Assembly (NCBI GenBank): GCA_964291625.2
Contig: OZ220089.1
Coordinates: 288,001-352,000, forward strand
Reading direction: 5' to 3'
DNA: 64,000 bases
Source: Candidatus Latescibacterota bacterium
GTDB taxonomy: Bacteria > Latescibacterota > UBA2968 > UBA8231
Shown: one piece after another, positions 1 through 9,841 of the stretch
Numbering within the stretch: position 1 is the stretch's first letter
Layout: every line of letters starts with the position of its first letter
Program-made: the position numbers and the translations under genes
The notes under the pieces: generated by a model
The model's database searches: none
What the model saw: the letters and a program-made list of their open reading frames with translations, nothing else
Told to the model about the DNA's origin: nothing

Positions 1-1053
1 CTCTTCGAAACGCTCCTGTTTCTGTGCCGGCTCCTCGGAGCGCTGGCCCCACTCCATGAAGTTGTCGCCGAGGCGCATCTGCACCTTGGCCTTGTAGAAC
101 CGCTCCTCCGCAGTCTCCTGGGCCGTTATCAGCTCCTCGTAAGCCTCCTCGAAGGCGCCCCCCCGCCGATAGATCTCGGCGACGCGAAGAGAGGAGGTCT
201 CGAAGAGCTGCCGGTAGTTGTCGAAGTCGACGTTCTTGCCCTCCCGGAAGGAGCCGCGGAGCAACTCGTACATCCGGTCGTAGAGATCGCGAACCTCCCG
301 GTAGCCGGCGATCGCCTCCTCGCTGCGCCCCATCTGGTCGAAGGCCTGCGCCTTGAGATAGGTGGCCTGGGCGATGACGGGACTGCTGGGGTAGACCTCG
401 AGGACGACCTCGGCCTCCTCGACGGCCATCTCGTACTCCTCCTTCTCGTAGTAGGAGGAGGCGATCCGGAACTGCGAGTCGGAGGCGTAACGATCGTCGG
501 GATAGGCCTCCAGCATGCCCCGAAGCGCGGTGATGGCGTCGTCGTAGCGCTCGAGGTTGAACAGGCTCCAGCCCGAGTAGAAGTACGCCTCCCCCGCCAG
601 GTCGGAGCTGGGGAAGAGGTCGGCGTAGCGCTTGTACTCCTCGGCGGCCTTGTCAAACTCCTTCTGCAGGAAGCGCGTCTCCGCCACGCGGAACTGCACG
701 AGGGACCGGAAGTCCTCGTCCACCTCCTCCATGGCGATCACCTCGCGGAAGGCTCCCACCGCCTCCTCGTGCTGGCCGCTGCGCATGCGGGCGTTGCCCA
801 GCTGGTACCAGGCCGCCGCCATCACCGGCAGCTCGAGGTCGTCGCCGAAGGTGACGCGCACGCTGTCGGTGCGCACGGCGGGGCTGTCGAACTTGACGAT
901 CTTCGAGTACTCGAGGATCGCCCCCTCGTACTCGCCCAGGGCGTAGAGGCTCTGGCCGGCGTCGAAGTTCGTCTTCAGCGTCTGCGGCACCGGGAGGAAC
1001 AGGCTGGTGCCCACCCCCAGCCCCAGTGCGATCAGCCCGATCCAGATCGTCAT
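1..1053 (-). CDS. Tetratricopeptide-repeat protein, secreted or membrane-anchored; 3' end runs off the window
   Basis: Not in the ORF track because it is truncated. Manual translation from ATG at 1053: MTIWIGLIALGLGVGTSLFLP... followed by TPR/BamD-like helices (AWYQLGNARMRSGQHEEAVGAF, AYFYSGWSLFNLERYDDAITAL..MLEAYP, SQFRIASSYYEKEEYEMA). Purine-rich RBS-like sequence upstream. Confidence 0.85.
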   Translation of the reverse strand, partial: MTIWIGLIALGLGVGTSLFLPVPQTLKTNFDAGQSLYALGEYEGAILEYSKIVKFDSPAVRTDSVRVTFGDDLELPVMAAAWYQLGNARMRSGQHEEAVGAFREVIAMEEVDEDFRSLVQFRVAETRFLQKEFDKAAEEYKRYADLFPSSDLAGEAYFYSGWSLFNLERYDDAITALRGMLEAYPDDRYASDSQFRIASSYYEKEEYEMAVEEAEVVLEVYPSSPVIAQATYLKAQAFDQMGRSEEAIAGYREVRDLYDRMYELLRGSFREGKNVDFDNYRQLFETSSLRVAEIYRRGGAFEEAYEELITAQETAEERFYKAKVQMRLGDNFMEWGQRSEEPAQKQERFEE

Positions 1054-1071
1054 GGAAGGAGTCTCCTCTTC

Positions 1072-1998
1072 CTACAGTTGCCAGGCCAGGGAGAACCGGT
1101 GGGAGCCGTTGGCCTCGGACAGTTCGAGGGGGATGTGGTAGCCGTAGTCGAAGAGCATCTTGTTCCAGCGGTACCCCAGACCCGCGTTCAGGTCGCCCTT
1201 GGCGTCCTCTTCGAAGGCCCGGCTGCCGCCGGCGCGAAGCATCAGGCCCTCCACCAGGCTCGTCTCCCCGCCCAGCACCAGACGGCTCTCCGAACCATCG
1301 CCCCCCAAGTCCCGAACCGACCACTGAACCGAAAGCAGCATCTGGTCCCGGCGGTGGCTCACCCCCACCGACAGGTCCATCGGAAGGTCCCCCGCCCCCG
1401 ACTCCAGGGAGCCGCCGCAGTCGCAGGTGGCGTTCGGCTGAAGGACGTTCTGCAGTTGAACCCCCAGACGGGCCCCCTGAAACGGCGTCCGCCACAGAAG
1501 ACCCACGTCGGCGCCCACCGAACCCGCGCTCTGACCCGACACCGGGTCGTTGCTGTCGAAGTCCGACACCTGCCAGAACACGTACTTGCCCGTCAGGCCC
1601 AACTGGAGGTCCCGGCTCAGGCGATAGCCCACGCCCAGAAACGCCCCGTTCTCCGACATCTGCTCCGAGCCGATGCGCTCGTAGCCTACCCCCAGCGCCA
1701 GACGGCCGCCCAGGGGCTGCGTCAGAGACACCACGTGCTGGCCGAGGTCGTCCTCCTCCAGACCCGAGTGCAGAAGCGACACGTTGGTGTACGCCAGCTG
1801 ACGCCCCGTCAAGGTCGCCAGACCCGCCGGGTTGGCGAACATCGCATCGCCGTTGTCGGCCACCGCCACGAAGGCGTTGCCCAGCGACGCCGACCGGGCG
1901 CCGGCCCCGAGATTCTGGATGTTCACCACCGCTTCCGAACCCGTCACAAGGGACAGTACGAAAGCGAGGGACACGGTGATGGTGATCCGGCTTGCCAT
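1072..1998 (-). CDS. PorV/PorQ-like (FadL-related) outer-membrane beta-barrel protein
   Basis: Signal peptide MASRITITVSLAFVLSL. N-terminal motif GAGARSASLGNAFVAVADNGDAMFANPAGLA is typical of PorV-family barrels. Alternating beta-strands end in FDYGY...HRFSLAWQL. AAGGAGG RBS before ATG 1998. Confidence 0.8.
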   Translation of the reverse strand: MASRITITVSLAFVLSLVTGSEAVVNIQNLGAGARSASLGNAFVAVADNGDAMFANPAGLATLTGRQLAYTNVSLLHSGLEEDDLGQHVVSLTQPLGGRLALGVGYERIGSEQMSENGAFLGVGYRLSRDLQLGLTGKYVFWQVSDFDSNDPVSGQSAGSVGADVGLLWRTPFQGARLGVQLQNVLQPNATCDCGGSLESGAGDLPMDLSVGVSHRRDQMLLSVQWSVRDLGGDGSESRLVLGGETSLVEGLMLRAGGSRAFEEDAKGDLNAGLGYRWNKMLFDYGYHIPLELSEANGSHRFSLAWQL

Positions 1999-2051
1999 TT
2001 TAGGCTCCTCCTTGCTGGCCGCCCGCGTCTCCCGCGGGCCTGGGCGAGACA

Positions 2052-2804
2052 TCAGCCGGCCGTCTCGAGCTCGAGACGACCGTCGCGGAAGATCCGGCCG
2101 ATGTCGCGCTGGAATCGGCAGTTGATCCGTACCGTCTCCACGGGCTCGTTGCGGTGGTCGAACCGCAACACGGCGTCGTGGATGACGACTTCGACTTCGC
2201 TCACGTCGTGGTGGAGAGCGGGGAAGATGAGGAACCCCTCCACCTCCTGGCCGACGAAGACCTCCTCGTTCTTGTAGAGCGTTCGCCGCAGCAGATCGAG
2301 GCGCTCCTGGTACCGGGCGTACTCGTTGCCGCGGAAGCCGGTGGCGTAGGCCCGGTAATAGGTGTCGAGTTGCTGCAGCTGCAGGCTCCAGTACTCCGAG
2401 CCGCTCCCCGAGCGCAGGACGATGCGCGCGGGATCGATCTTGACCTTGGGATAGCGGTGGTTGGCGACCCGGAGGTGGAAGGTGGTGAACCGGGAGCGCT
2501 CGGCGTCGCCCTCCCAGAAGCGGGTGTCGCCGAAGGTGTAGGGGTTGGTCGACTGCGGACCGGAGACCGAATGGGGGAGGAACTGGCGGTTGAGATCGTC
2601 ATCTGTGAGGGCCTGAAGCTCGACTCGGAAATCCCCTTGGACGAAGGCGACGCCGCCTTGATCCGCCACCGTGCTCCCCAGCGGCTGCTGCAGGGAAGGC
2701 TGCAGGGGGCTGGCGTAATGATAGTAACCGCAGCCGGAGGCGCCACACAACCCCAGCAAGGCCGTAAGCCAGAGCGCACGTCGAAAGCGGGGGCATGGAA
2801 TCAT
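2052..2804 (-). CDS. Hypothetical lipoprotein
   Basis: Basic N-terminus, hydrophobic stretch and Cys (LLGLCGASGC). Natural-looking globular sequence; co-oriented with the PorV-like gene. Confidence 0.7.
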   Translation of the reverse strand: MIPCPRFRRALWLTALLGLCGASGCGYYHYASPLQPSLQQPLGSTVADQGGVAFVQGDFRVELQALTDDDLNRQFLPHSVSGPQSTNPYTFGDTRFWEGDAERSRFTTFHLRVANHRYPKVKIDPARIVLRSGSGSEYWSLQLQQLDTYYRAYATGFRGNEYARYQERLDLLRRTLYKNEEVFVGQEVEGFLIFPALHHDVSEVEVVIHDAVLRFDHRNEPVETVRINCRFQRDIGRIFRDGRLELETAG

Positions 2805-2837
2805 CGGCTGTCCGCGGAGTCCTCTCGGTCGAGGGCC

Positions 2838-3725
2838 TTAATATAGTGTTTCGGGCGCGGCAAATGTAGATTTTATCCGGCCCCAGGTCGAGGACCGGAC
2901 GAGGGTGGGGACCATGGGCGCCAGCCTGAGGTCGGTGAAGCGGTCGGCCAGCCGGAAGGCGTTGTATCCGCCGGAGAGGGACCACTTGGCGTCGAGCAGC
3001 TCCGAGTGCTCGTCGTAGTCGGCGAACTCCAGGTTGAACCCGATGACGTCGCCGGCGGCCAGCAGCCGGCGGCGGCTGAGGAAGTCGGCCGTCATGTCGA
3101 CCTCGTCGAAGACGGCCAGACTGAACTCGTAGCTGACGACGGCCGGCCCCCCCTCGGAGCCCTCCACGGCCATCGCCGCCCGGGTATACGCTCCGTCGGG
3201 CTCGGAGTACCATGCGGCGGCGGAGAAGTTCACGAGAAAGTCCCCGTCCTCGTGAGGCCCTGCCAGCACGAAGTGGCTCGCCTGGGCGCCGTTGCGCTCG
3301 AGCTGCTCGCTCTGGCTCAGGTCGCTGAAGTCGGCGTACTGGCCTCCGGAGTGGTCGCCGTCGACGAAGATCTCCAGATCGTCGTCCTGGAAGATGCGGG
3401 TGGTGGCCGTCCCTTGGGGGCGGTCGACCTGGTGGATGTCGTCGCGGACCTGGGCGGCGAGGTAGATCCGATTGGTGTGCGGGCTCCAGCCGATCCATAC
3501 CAGGATGTCCAGATCCTCGGCGTCGGCAGGAGCTTCATCCACGAGATCGACGAAGTCCTCCGTCGTCAGCGTCGCCCGGCCGGCCTGCGCCCAGTCCCCC
3601 AGCTGGCCGTCCACCTCGGGGGCCGCGCCCTCCGGGAACTGGAGGGCCGCCACCTCCCGGCCTTCGGGCAGGTGGCCGCTGGCCGACGACGCGGCCAGCA
3701 GGACGGCCAGACAGAGGGCTCGCAT
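2838..3725 (-). CDS. Secreted CBM9-like sugar-binding domain protein with C-terminal TWGRIK tail
   Basis: Signal MRALCLAVLLAASSASG. CBM9-like motifs PEVDGQLGDW, RIYLAAQVRDD, DDDLEIFVDGD. Ends PTLVRSSTWGRIKSTFAAPETLY. Start could instead be ATG 3761. Confidence 0.75.
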   Translation of the reverse strand: MRALCLAVLLAASSASGHLPEGREVAALQFPEGAAPEVDGQLGDWAQAGRATLTTEDFVDLVDEAPADAEDLDILVWIGWSPHTNRIYLAAQVRDDIHQVDRPQGTATTRIFQDDDLEIFVDGDHSGGQYADFSDLSQSEQLERNGAQASHFVLAGPHEDGDFLVNFSAAAWYSEPDGAYTRAAMAVEGSEGGPAVVSYEFSLAVFDEVDMTADFLSRRRLLAAGDVIGFNLEFADYDEHSELLDAKWSLSGGYNAFRLADRFTDLRLAPMVPTLVRSSTWGRIKSTFAAPETLY

Positions 3726-3967
3726 GCCGGCCGGAGCCGAGTTGTGGCGCGCGCAGGTCATGGTCGATGCCGGCGGCTGCCCACTGGAGAGGATATCCAG
3801 TCGAGGGGGATGATCGCGGATCGGTCGCGCGTAAGATAGCCCCCTGCCGGGGGCCGGCAACCGGCTTCGGCCGCACCGGCCGGACGCTCCGCGGCCCCGT
3901 CCCGCGACGTGCCCCGGGTATGGGTGTCTTGCCCCTCTGCGGCGCCTCCTTAGGTTCGGTCGGACCG

Positions 3968-5452
3968 ATGATTCGACGATCGATCCTCCCCCTGGCGCTG
4001 GCGCTCTGCCTGGGGTGCGGCCCCTCGCCGCAGCCGCCCGCAGAAGCCGCCGCCGCCGAGCGCCACCTGGCGGAGGGCCGCTACGGCGAGGCCCTGGCAC
4101 TCCTGCGGCAGCAGCTCGCGTCGGGGGACCTCCCTCGAGTGCACGCCGGCCTCGGGAACGCTCATGCCCGCCTCGGGCGCCTGGACTCCGCCGCCGCCCA
4201 CTACCAGGCCAGCCTCTCCCTCGATCCGCGGCCGGTGGAGGTCCACCACAACCTCGGCGTCGTGCTGGCCGACCTCGGGCGCTTCGACGAAGCCGTGGCC
4301 GCCCTCGAGCGCGCCGTCGACCTGGACCCTGGATTCGCGCCCTCCCACCTGACCCTCGGGCTCTTCCGCAGCAAGGTCGGCGACTACAAGGGCGCCGAAG
4401 CCGCTTTCCGAGCGGCCGCCGATGCCGGAGACCCTTCCGCGCACCGGCACCTCGGCGGGCTCTACGTCCGGCTCGGCCGCTACGACGAAGCCGACCGCGC
4501 CTTGGAGCAGGCCCTGAAGGCGAACCCCCGCGACGCCGAGAGCCACCGCCTGCGGGCGGTCTCGCTGCGGTCCCGCGGCGACCTGGAGGGGGCCGCGGCC
4601 TCCTTCTCGCGCGCCGTGGAGCTGGCCCCCGACGACCACGAGGCGCTCTTCGGCCTGGCCAACGTGAGGATCGCCTCGGGCGACACCGAGGGCGGCCGTC
4701 GCCTGCTGGAACGGTACGAGCAGCTGCGCCAGGGCGCCGGCGAGGTCGAGCACCTGCGCCGCCTCCTGGATGGGCGCCCCGGGGACGTGGAGGCGCGGAT
4801 GGCCCTCGCCGGGAGGCTCCTGCGGGACGGCCTCGAGCCGGAGGCGGCGAGACAGTACGAGGTGGTGCTGGCCTACGACGCCGGGCAGGTCGAGGCGCGG
4901 CTGCGCCTCGGGCAGCTGTACCGAGACCGGGGGGACACGCTCCGGGCCCTCCAGGCGCTGTCCGCCGCCCCCGTCGAGGACGCGCGCCTGGCCTTCTTCC
5001 TCGGCTCCCTGCAGCTGATGCACGGCGACCTGGAGGCGGGCGCCGCCACCCTCGAGCGCGCCGCTGTCCTGGACCCCGGCCGCGGGGAGGTCCTGAACAA
5101 CCTCGGCAACGTCCGCCTGATGCAGGGGAACCCCGAGGCGGCGGCCGCCGCCTTCCGCCGGGCCCTCGCCGCTGCCGCGCCGTCGGCGCAGGCCGCCCTC
5201 AACCTGGGAACCCTCTGGGTCCAGGCCGGGCGAGAGGACAGCGCCGCCGCCTGCTACCGGCTGGCCCTGGGAATCGACCCGGACCTGGCCGCCGCCCATC
5301 TCGCCCTCGCCCGCCTGCACGACCGCGGCGGCCGCCGCGGCGAGGCCGCCGCCTCGTACGAACGTCTGCTCGCGGCCTCCCCGGACCCGGCCCTGCGGGA
5401 GGAGGCCCGCGTATACCTCCGCCGCTGGAGAGAGCGGTCCGGGGGCGGCTGA
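3968..5452 (+). CDS. TPR-repeat lipoprotein
   Basis: MIRRSILPLALALCLGC lipobox. Many TPR units (HHNLGVVLADLGRFDEAVAALERAVDLDP, LNNLGNVRLMQGNPEAAAAAFRRAL). Confidence 0.9.
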   Translation: MIRRSILPLALALCLGCGPSPQPPAEAAAAERHLAEGRYGEALALLRQQLASGDLPRVHAGLGNAHARLGRLDSAAAHYQASLSLDPRPVEVHHNLGVVLADLGRFDEAVAALERAVDLDPGFAPSHLTLGLFRSKVGDYKGAEAAFRAAADAGDPSAHRHLGGLYVRLGRYDEADRALEQALKANPRDAESHRLRAVSLRSRGDLEGAAASFSRAVELAPDDHEALFGLANVRIASGDTEGGRRLLERYEQLRQGAGEVEHLRRLLDGRPGDVEARMALAGRLLRDGLEPEAARQYEVVLAYDAGQVEARLRLGQLYRDRGDTLRALQALSAAPVEDARLAFFLGSLQLMHGDLEAGAATLERAAVLDPGRGEVLNNLGNVRLMQGNPEAAAAAFRRALAAAAPSAQAALNLGTLWVQAGREDSAAACYRLALGIDPDLAAAHLALARLHDRGGRRGEAAASYERLLAASPDPALREEARVYLRRWRERSGGG

Positions 5453-5459
5453 CGCTGAC

Positions 5460-7196
5460 GTGACACCCTGGACCCTCGTGGCCCTGGCCGCCGCCCTGGC
5501 GGGCTGCCGGCCGGAGGCGCCCCCCGGGGCCGCCGGGCCCGCGGAGGGGCCGCCGCCCGCGGGATTCGCCGTCCGCTTCGTCGACGCGGCCGCCGAGGTC
5601 GGCCTCGACGCCGCCCACGTGAGCGGCTTCAGCGAGGCGCGGTTCTTCCCCGAGACCATGGGCGGCGGCGGCCTGTTGTGGGACTACGACCGCGACGGCT
5701 GGCTGGACGTGTACCTCGTCAACGGCAGACCCCTCGCCCCCGGCGACGACGGCCCCCCCGTCGGCAACCGGCTGTTCCGCGGCCTCGGGGACGGCACCTT
5801 CGCGGAGACGACCTCCGCGGCGGGTGTGGGCCACCGGGGCTACGGCAACGGCTGCGTCGCCGGCGATCTCGACGGCGACGGCGACGGCGATCTCTACGTC
5901 ACCAACTACGGCGCCGATGTGCTCTTCCGGAACGACGACGGCGCCTTTGGCGACATCACCCTCGCCGCCGGCCTCGGAGACCCGGGCTGGGGCACGGGGT
6001 GCGCCGTCCTCGATCACGACCTCGACGGCGACCTGGACCTCTACGTGGCGCGCTACGTCGACTACGAGCTGGCCGACGCCGCGACGGAGACGGTCCCGTA
6101 CCTCTCCCGCTCCGAGGGCGCCGGACCGGGAGGGCCGGGATACCCCCATCCCGACAACTTCGACGGCCTCGGCGACCTGCTGCTGCGCAACGACGGCGGC
6201 CCGGGTCCGGTCTTCACCGACGTGTCGGCCGCCGCCGGCGTCCACCTGGCCGGCGGCAAGGGCCTGGGCGTGGTCACCGCGGACGTGGACGGCGACGGCT
6301 GGACGGACCTGTACGTGGCCAACGACGCGACGCCGAACTACCTCTTCATCAATCGCCGGGACGGGACCTTCGAGGAGCGGGCCGCCCGCTCCGGGGTCGC
6401 CTACGGCGAGAGCGGCCTGCCGGAGGCGGGCATGGGGGTCGACGCCGCCGACTACGACGGCGACGGCCGCCTCGACCTCACGGTGACCAACTTCCAGGGA
6501 GAGCCGAACAGCCTCTTCCGCAACCAGGGGGACGGGTCCTACTTCCTGCCCGAGGCGTACGCCTCGGGCACCGGCGCCGTCACGGTCCCCGCCCTGGCCT
6601 TCGGCACCAACTGGGTCGACGTGGACGGCGACGGCCGGCTGGACCTGTTCGCGGCCAACGGCCACGTCCTCGACAACGTGCGCTCCTTCGACCGCTCGAC
6701 GACCTACCGCCAGCGCAACTTCCTGTTTCACAACCGCGGGCCGGGGGCCTACGGCAACACCCTCTTCGCCGACGTCACCTCCATCGCCGGCCCGGGCCTG
6801 GCCCAGGAGCGCGTGAGCCGCGGCTCGGCCGCCGGCGACCTGGACAACGACGGCGACCCGGACCTCCTGGTGATCAACCTCGGGGACCGGGTGTCGTTGC
6901 TGCGCAACGAGGGCGGCAACGGCAACGGCTGGCTGTCGGTGCGCCTGCGGCGGGCCTCCTCCGGCGGCGGCGAGGGCGCCCGGCTGCGACTGCACTCGCC
7001 GTCGGGAACACAGTGGCGGGAGGTCAGCAGCGGCCGCAGCTACCTGTCCCAGAGCGATCCCCGGGTGCTCTTCGGCCTCGGGCCGGACAGCCGGGTGGAC
7101 AGCCTGGAGGTCTGGTGGCCGGGCGGGGCCCGCGAGGTCTACCGGGACCTGGAGGCGGGCCGGTTCCTCGACCTGGTCGAGAACGGGGCCCGCTGA
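5460..7196 (+). CDS. CRTAC1-family / FG-GAP repeat lipoprotein with C-terminal ASPIC/UnbV domain
   Basis: Lipobox LAGC. Repeated D(Y/L/V)DGDGxxDL(Y/F)VxN motifs, ETMGGGG motif, C-terminal GRSYLSQSDPRVLFGLG...LEVWWPGG. Confidence 0.92.
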   Translation: MTPWTLVALAAALAGCRPEAPPGAAGPAEGPPPAGFAVRFVDAAAEVGLDAAHVSGFSEARFFPETMGGGGLLWDYDRDGWLDVYLVNGRPLAPGDDGPPVGNRLFRGLGDGTFAETTSAAGVGHRGYGNGCVAGDLDGDGDGDLYVTNYGADVLFRNDDGAFGDITLAAGLGDPGWGTGCAVLDHDLDGDLDLYVARYVDYELADAATETVPYLSRSEGAGPGGPGYPHPDNFDGLGDLLLRNDGGPGPVFTDVSAAAGVHLAGGKGLGVVTADVDGDGWTDLYVANDATPNYLFINRRDGTFEERAARSGVAYGESGLPEAGMGVDAADYDGDGRLDLTVTNFQGEPNSLFRNQGDGSYFLPEAYASGTGAVTVPALAFGTNWVDVDGDGRLDLFAANGHVLDNVRSFDRSTTYRQRNFLFHNRGPGAYGNTLFADVTSIAGPGLAQERVSRGSAAGDLDNDGDPDLLVINLGDRVSLLRNEGGNGNGWLSVRLRRASSGGGEGARLRLHSPSGTQWREVSSGRSYLSQSDPRVLFGLGPDSRVDSLEVWWPGGAREVYRDLEAGRFLDLVENGAR

Positions 7197-7205
7197 ACTC
7201 TCCCG

Positions 7206-9824
7206 CTACGGCTCTATGCCCGCGTAGATGGTGATGAAGCCTCGCGTCCGGGTCTTCACCGGCTCGAACCGGAGGTCGCGGCGGCTGACCTCGAAACCGA
7301 GGGTGGTGGTCAGCAGGTAGCCCTGGTAGTCGGACAGGTTCATGATCTGCACCGTCGTCGTCAGCCCCCTGTAGGAGGGGCTGGCCCCGGGGGGCACCGG
7401 GTCCCGCAGCTGGTTGAAGACCTCGTACTCCACGCCCCCTTCGACGAAGCTCTTCTGCATGATCGGGTGGCGGAGGACGATCATGAAGAGCTCGGTCAAC
7501 TCCTGGCGGCGCGACTCTTCCCGGGCCACCGGGGCCGAGCGCGACCACTCGCTCTTCCACCGGGGTGTGACGAGCGTCTGCCCGAGGCTCCAGCTGTAGT
7601 GGGCCTTGTTGATCACCCCGAGGAACCAGGACGACCGGCGCTGGCCCCGCAGCTCCAGGTCGAGGTCGTCGTCGACCTGCCGCCACCAGGTCCACTTCAC
7701 CTTGTTGTCCAGGGAGAGATCGCCCCTCCGGTGCTGCCAGCCCGCCCAGGTCGTGTTCACCCAGGTGTCCTGCGCCGCCAGCGGGTCGAGGACGGGGAAG
7801 AGATCCCCCCGGGCGTTGGGCAGCTGCACCCACTGCAGCAGGTCGTCGCGGATCGTGTCCCGGACCCGGCGCAGGTCCTGGAAGAGACGCAGACGCCCCC
7901 GGGCGGCGGTGTTCCAGTCGACGGCGAGCTGTCCGTAGTTGGCCCGGTTGTGGCGGTCGTCGGAGATCTGCTCCACCTCCATGCGGCCCAGGGTGAGGCG
8001 GATGTCGGGCCCGACGTGGAAGCCGCCGTAGAGGTTGAAGCCCTGCTGGTCGCGCCGGTAGGGGAAGTCGGGCCGCTCGTCGTTCTCGAAGCGGTCCACC
8101 GTGCCGTTGTGGTTGGCGTCGACGCCGTAGAGGTACGCCGGGCGGTCGGCGAAGTAGCGCAGGAAGGGCTCCTCCCAGTCGGGGAGCAGGTTCTGGCGCT
8201 CCTCGTTGTCGTTCTGGTTGAAGTCCCAGATGCGGTCGTTGTTCTCGTCGAGCCCCGGGAAGACGTCCTCGTCCCCCGCGCTCGAGCCCTTGCGGCGCCA
8301 GTCCGGAGCCCTGTCGTAGTCGTCGTTGTCCTCGACGAACTCGTAGATCTCGAAGAGGTTGTCGTAGTCCGGCACCGAGGTCTCCTTCTCCACGGTGGCG
8401 AAGGAGGTGGAGTACCCGGGGTCCATGCCGAAGGCCTCGAGGAGGCCGAACCACGGGTAGTCCTTGCGGGAGACGTTGAGCAGCCACCCCAGGGACCGGT
8501 CCCGGGCGGTCTCGTGGCGCTCCCGGTGCGGGTTGGGGTACTTGCGGTAGCGGTGGTTGAGGTTGACCTCGAGGTAGCCGTCGAGCCCGTGGAGGTCCGT
8601 CGTCTGCACCGTGAAGCCGGCGATCTGGTTGCCCGTGGGCATGCCGTAGTCGAAGCGCAGGACGCGCTGGTTGGAGCCGTCCCTGACGTTGCCCCGGGCC
8701 CTGGCGAGGGGCAGAAAGACGACGACGTCGTCGGCGTTGACCTGGCGGTCGGAGGCGATGTCGATGCGGTAGTCGTTGGCCACCACCAGCTCGACCTCGA
8801 CGCGCTCGATCTCCGTCGGGTCGGGTCCCGCGTAGGTGCGGTCGCCGAAGTCGTAGGTGACGACGATCTCGTCGCCGTCCGCCGCCAGGAACCCGGCCCG
8901 CTGCAGGCCGCCCTCCACGAGGGGGCGGAAGCCGATCTCGGAGGCGCGGACGGTGCCGCCGTCGAGGTCGTGGATCCGCAGGTCCGAGGAGAACAGGGCG
9001 CCCCCGGAGCCGTCGCCGGGAGAGTCGTCGGAGATGCGCACCTGGATGCGGTTGACGGTGCGGAAGTTCTGGCCCTCCGAGAGCACGCCGGAGATGATGT
9101 CGCTACCGAAGCCGTCGAGCTGGGTGACCGAGTGGTGGGCGTTGACGTAGGTGCCGCCCACGACCAGGAAGTCGCCGACCTGGGACTCCATCCGGCCCCC
9201 GAAGAGGTTGGTGTTGCTGGTGCGCCCCTCCGGCAGGAACGAGGGCGAGTTGGGCTCGTTGATGCGCGACAGGAGGAGGGTGACGGCGTGCTTGTCGGAG
9301 GCGAAGTCCCACTGCAGGCCGTTGAACTCCGGCTTGCTGAAGGTCATCGGCGTAAGGGTCGTGCGGATGCGGTTGCCCACGGTGACCGCCAGGTGGTACT
9401 GCCCCTTGTGATCGGAAGCCACGGCGAGGCTCGAGAACCAGCCGCTGAAGCGGCCCGTCTTCTCCAGCACGCTGCCGAAGGGCACCGAGTTCTGCTGGCG
9501 CCAGTCGTAGACCAGCCAGCCGCGGGTCAGCAGGTTGCCGTAGGCATCGTACCAGTAGTCCCCCTCCAGCGACGTGGAGACGTAGCGCTGGTAGTTCTGG
9601 CGGGCGTAGTTGGAGTACTGCCACTGCTTCCACTGGTACTCCGCGTAGAGCTCCTGGGGCACGTACCACTTGCGCAGGGCCGGGTCGAGGGCGTCGAAGA
9701 TCACCCCCGGCCCCGTGGGCTCGAAGCTGACCCGGCCGCCGCGCTTGACCGTGCCCAGGCGGGCGCCGTAGTCCTGGGCCCCGGCGGCGGCGGCCAGCAG
9801 CAGAATCGTCAGTATCCGCACCAT
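7206..9824 (-). CDS. Large secreted protein of unrecognised family (family X, copy 2, 872 aa); candidate outer-membrane barrel with Ca-binding-like loops
   Basis: Signal MVRILTILLLAAAAGA after a GGAGAAGGGG RBS-like sequence; the true start lies inside the track's 1375-aa ORF. Clear paralog of 11782..14499. Acidic motifs EDNDDYD, DENNDRIWDFNQND, DANHNGTVD. Beta-strand-rich C-terminus ending GFITIYAGIEP. Confidence 0.8.
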   Translation of the reverse strand: MVRILTILLLAAAAGAQDYGARLGTVKRGGRVSFEPTGPGVIFDALDPALRKWYVPQELYAEYQWKQWQYSNYARQNYQRYVSTSLEGDYWYDAYGNLLTRGWLVYDWRQQNSVPFGSVLEKTGRFSGWFSSLAVASDHKGQYHLAVTVGNRIRTTLTPMTFSKPEFNGLQWDFASDKHAVTLLLSRINEPNSPSFLPEGRTSNTNLFGGRMESQVGDFLVVGGTYVNAHHSVTQLDGFGSDIISGVLSEGQNFRTVNRIQVRISDDSPGDGSGGALFSSDLRIHDLDGGTVRASEIGFRPLVEGGLQRAGFLAADGDEIVVTYDFGDRTYAGPDPTEIERVEVELVVANDYRIDIASDRQVNADDVVVFLPLARARGNVRDGSNQRVLRFDYGMPTGNQIAGFTVQTTDLHGLDGYLEVNLNHRYRKYPNPHRERHETARDRSLGWLLNVSRKDYPWFGLLEAFGMDPGYSTSFATVEKETSVPDYDNLFEIYEFVEDNDDYDRAPDWRRKGSSAGDEDVFPGLDENNDRIWDFNQNDNEERQNLLPDWEEPFLRYFADRPAYLYGVDANHNGTVDRFENDERPDFPYRRDQQGFNLYGGFHVGPDIRLTLGRMEVEQISDDRHNRANYGQLAVDWNTAARGRLRLFQDLRRVRDTIRDDLLQWVQLPNARGDLFPVLDPLAAQDTWVNTTWAGWQHRRGDLSLDNKVKWTWWRQVDDDLDLELRGQRRSSWFLGVINKAHYSWSLGQTLVTPRWKSEWSRSAPVAREESRRQELTELFMIVLRHPIMQKSFVEGGVEYEVFNQLRDPVPPGASPSYRGLTTTVQIMNLSDYQGYLLTTTLGFEVSRRDLRFEPVKTRTRGFITIYAGIEP

Positions 9825-9841
9825 CCCCTTCTCCCCGCTCT

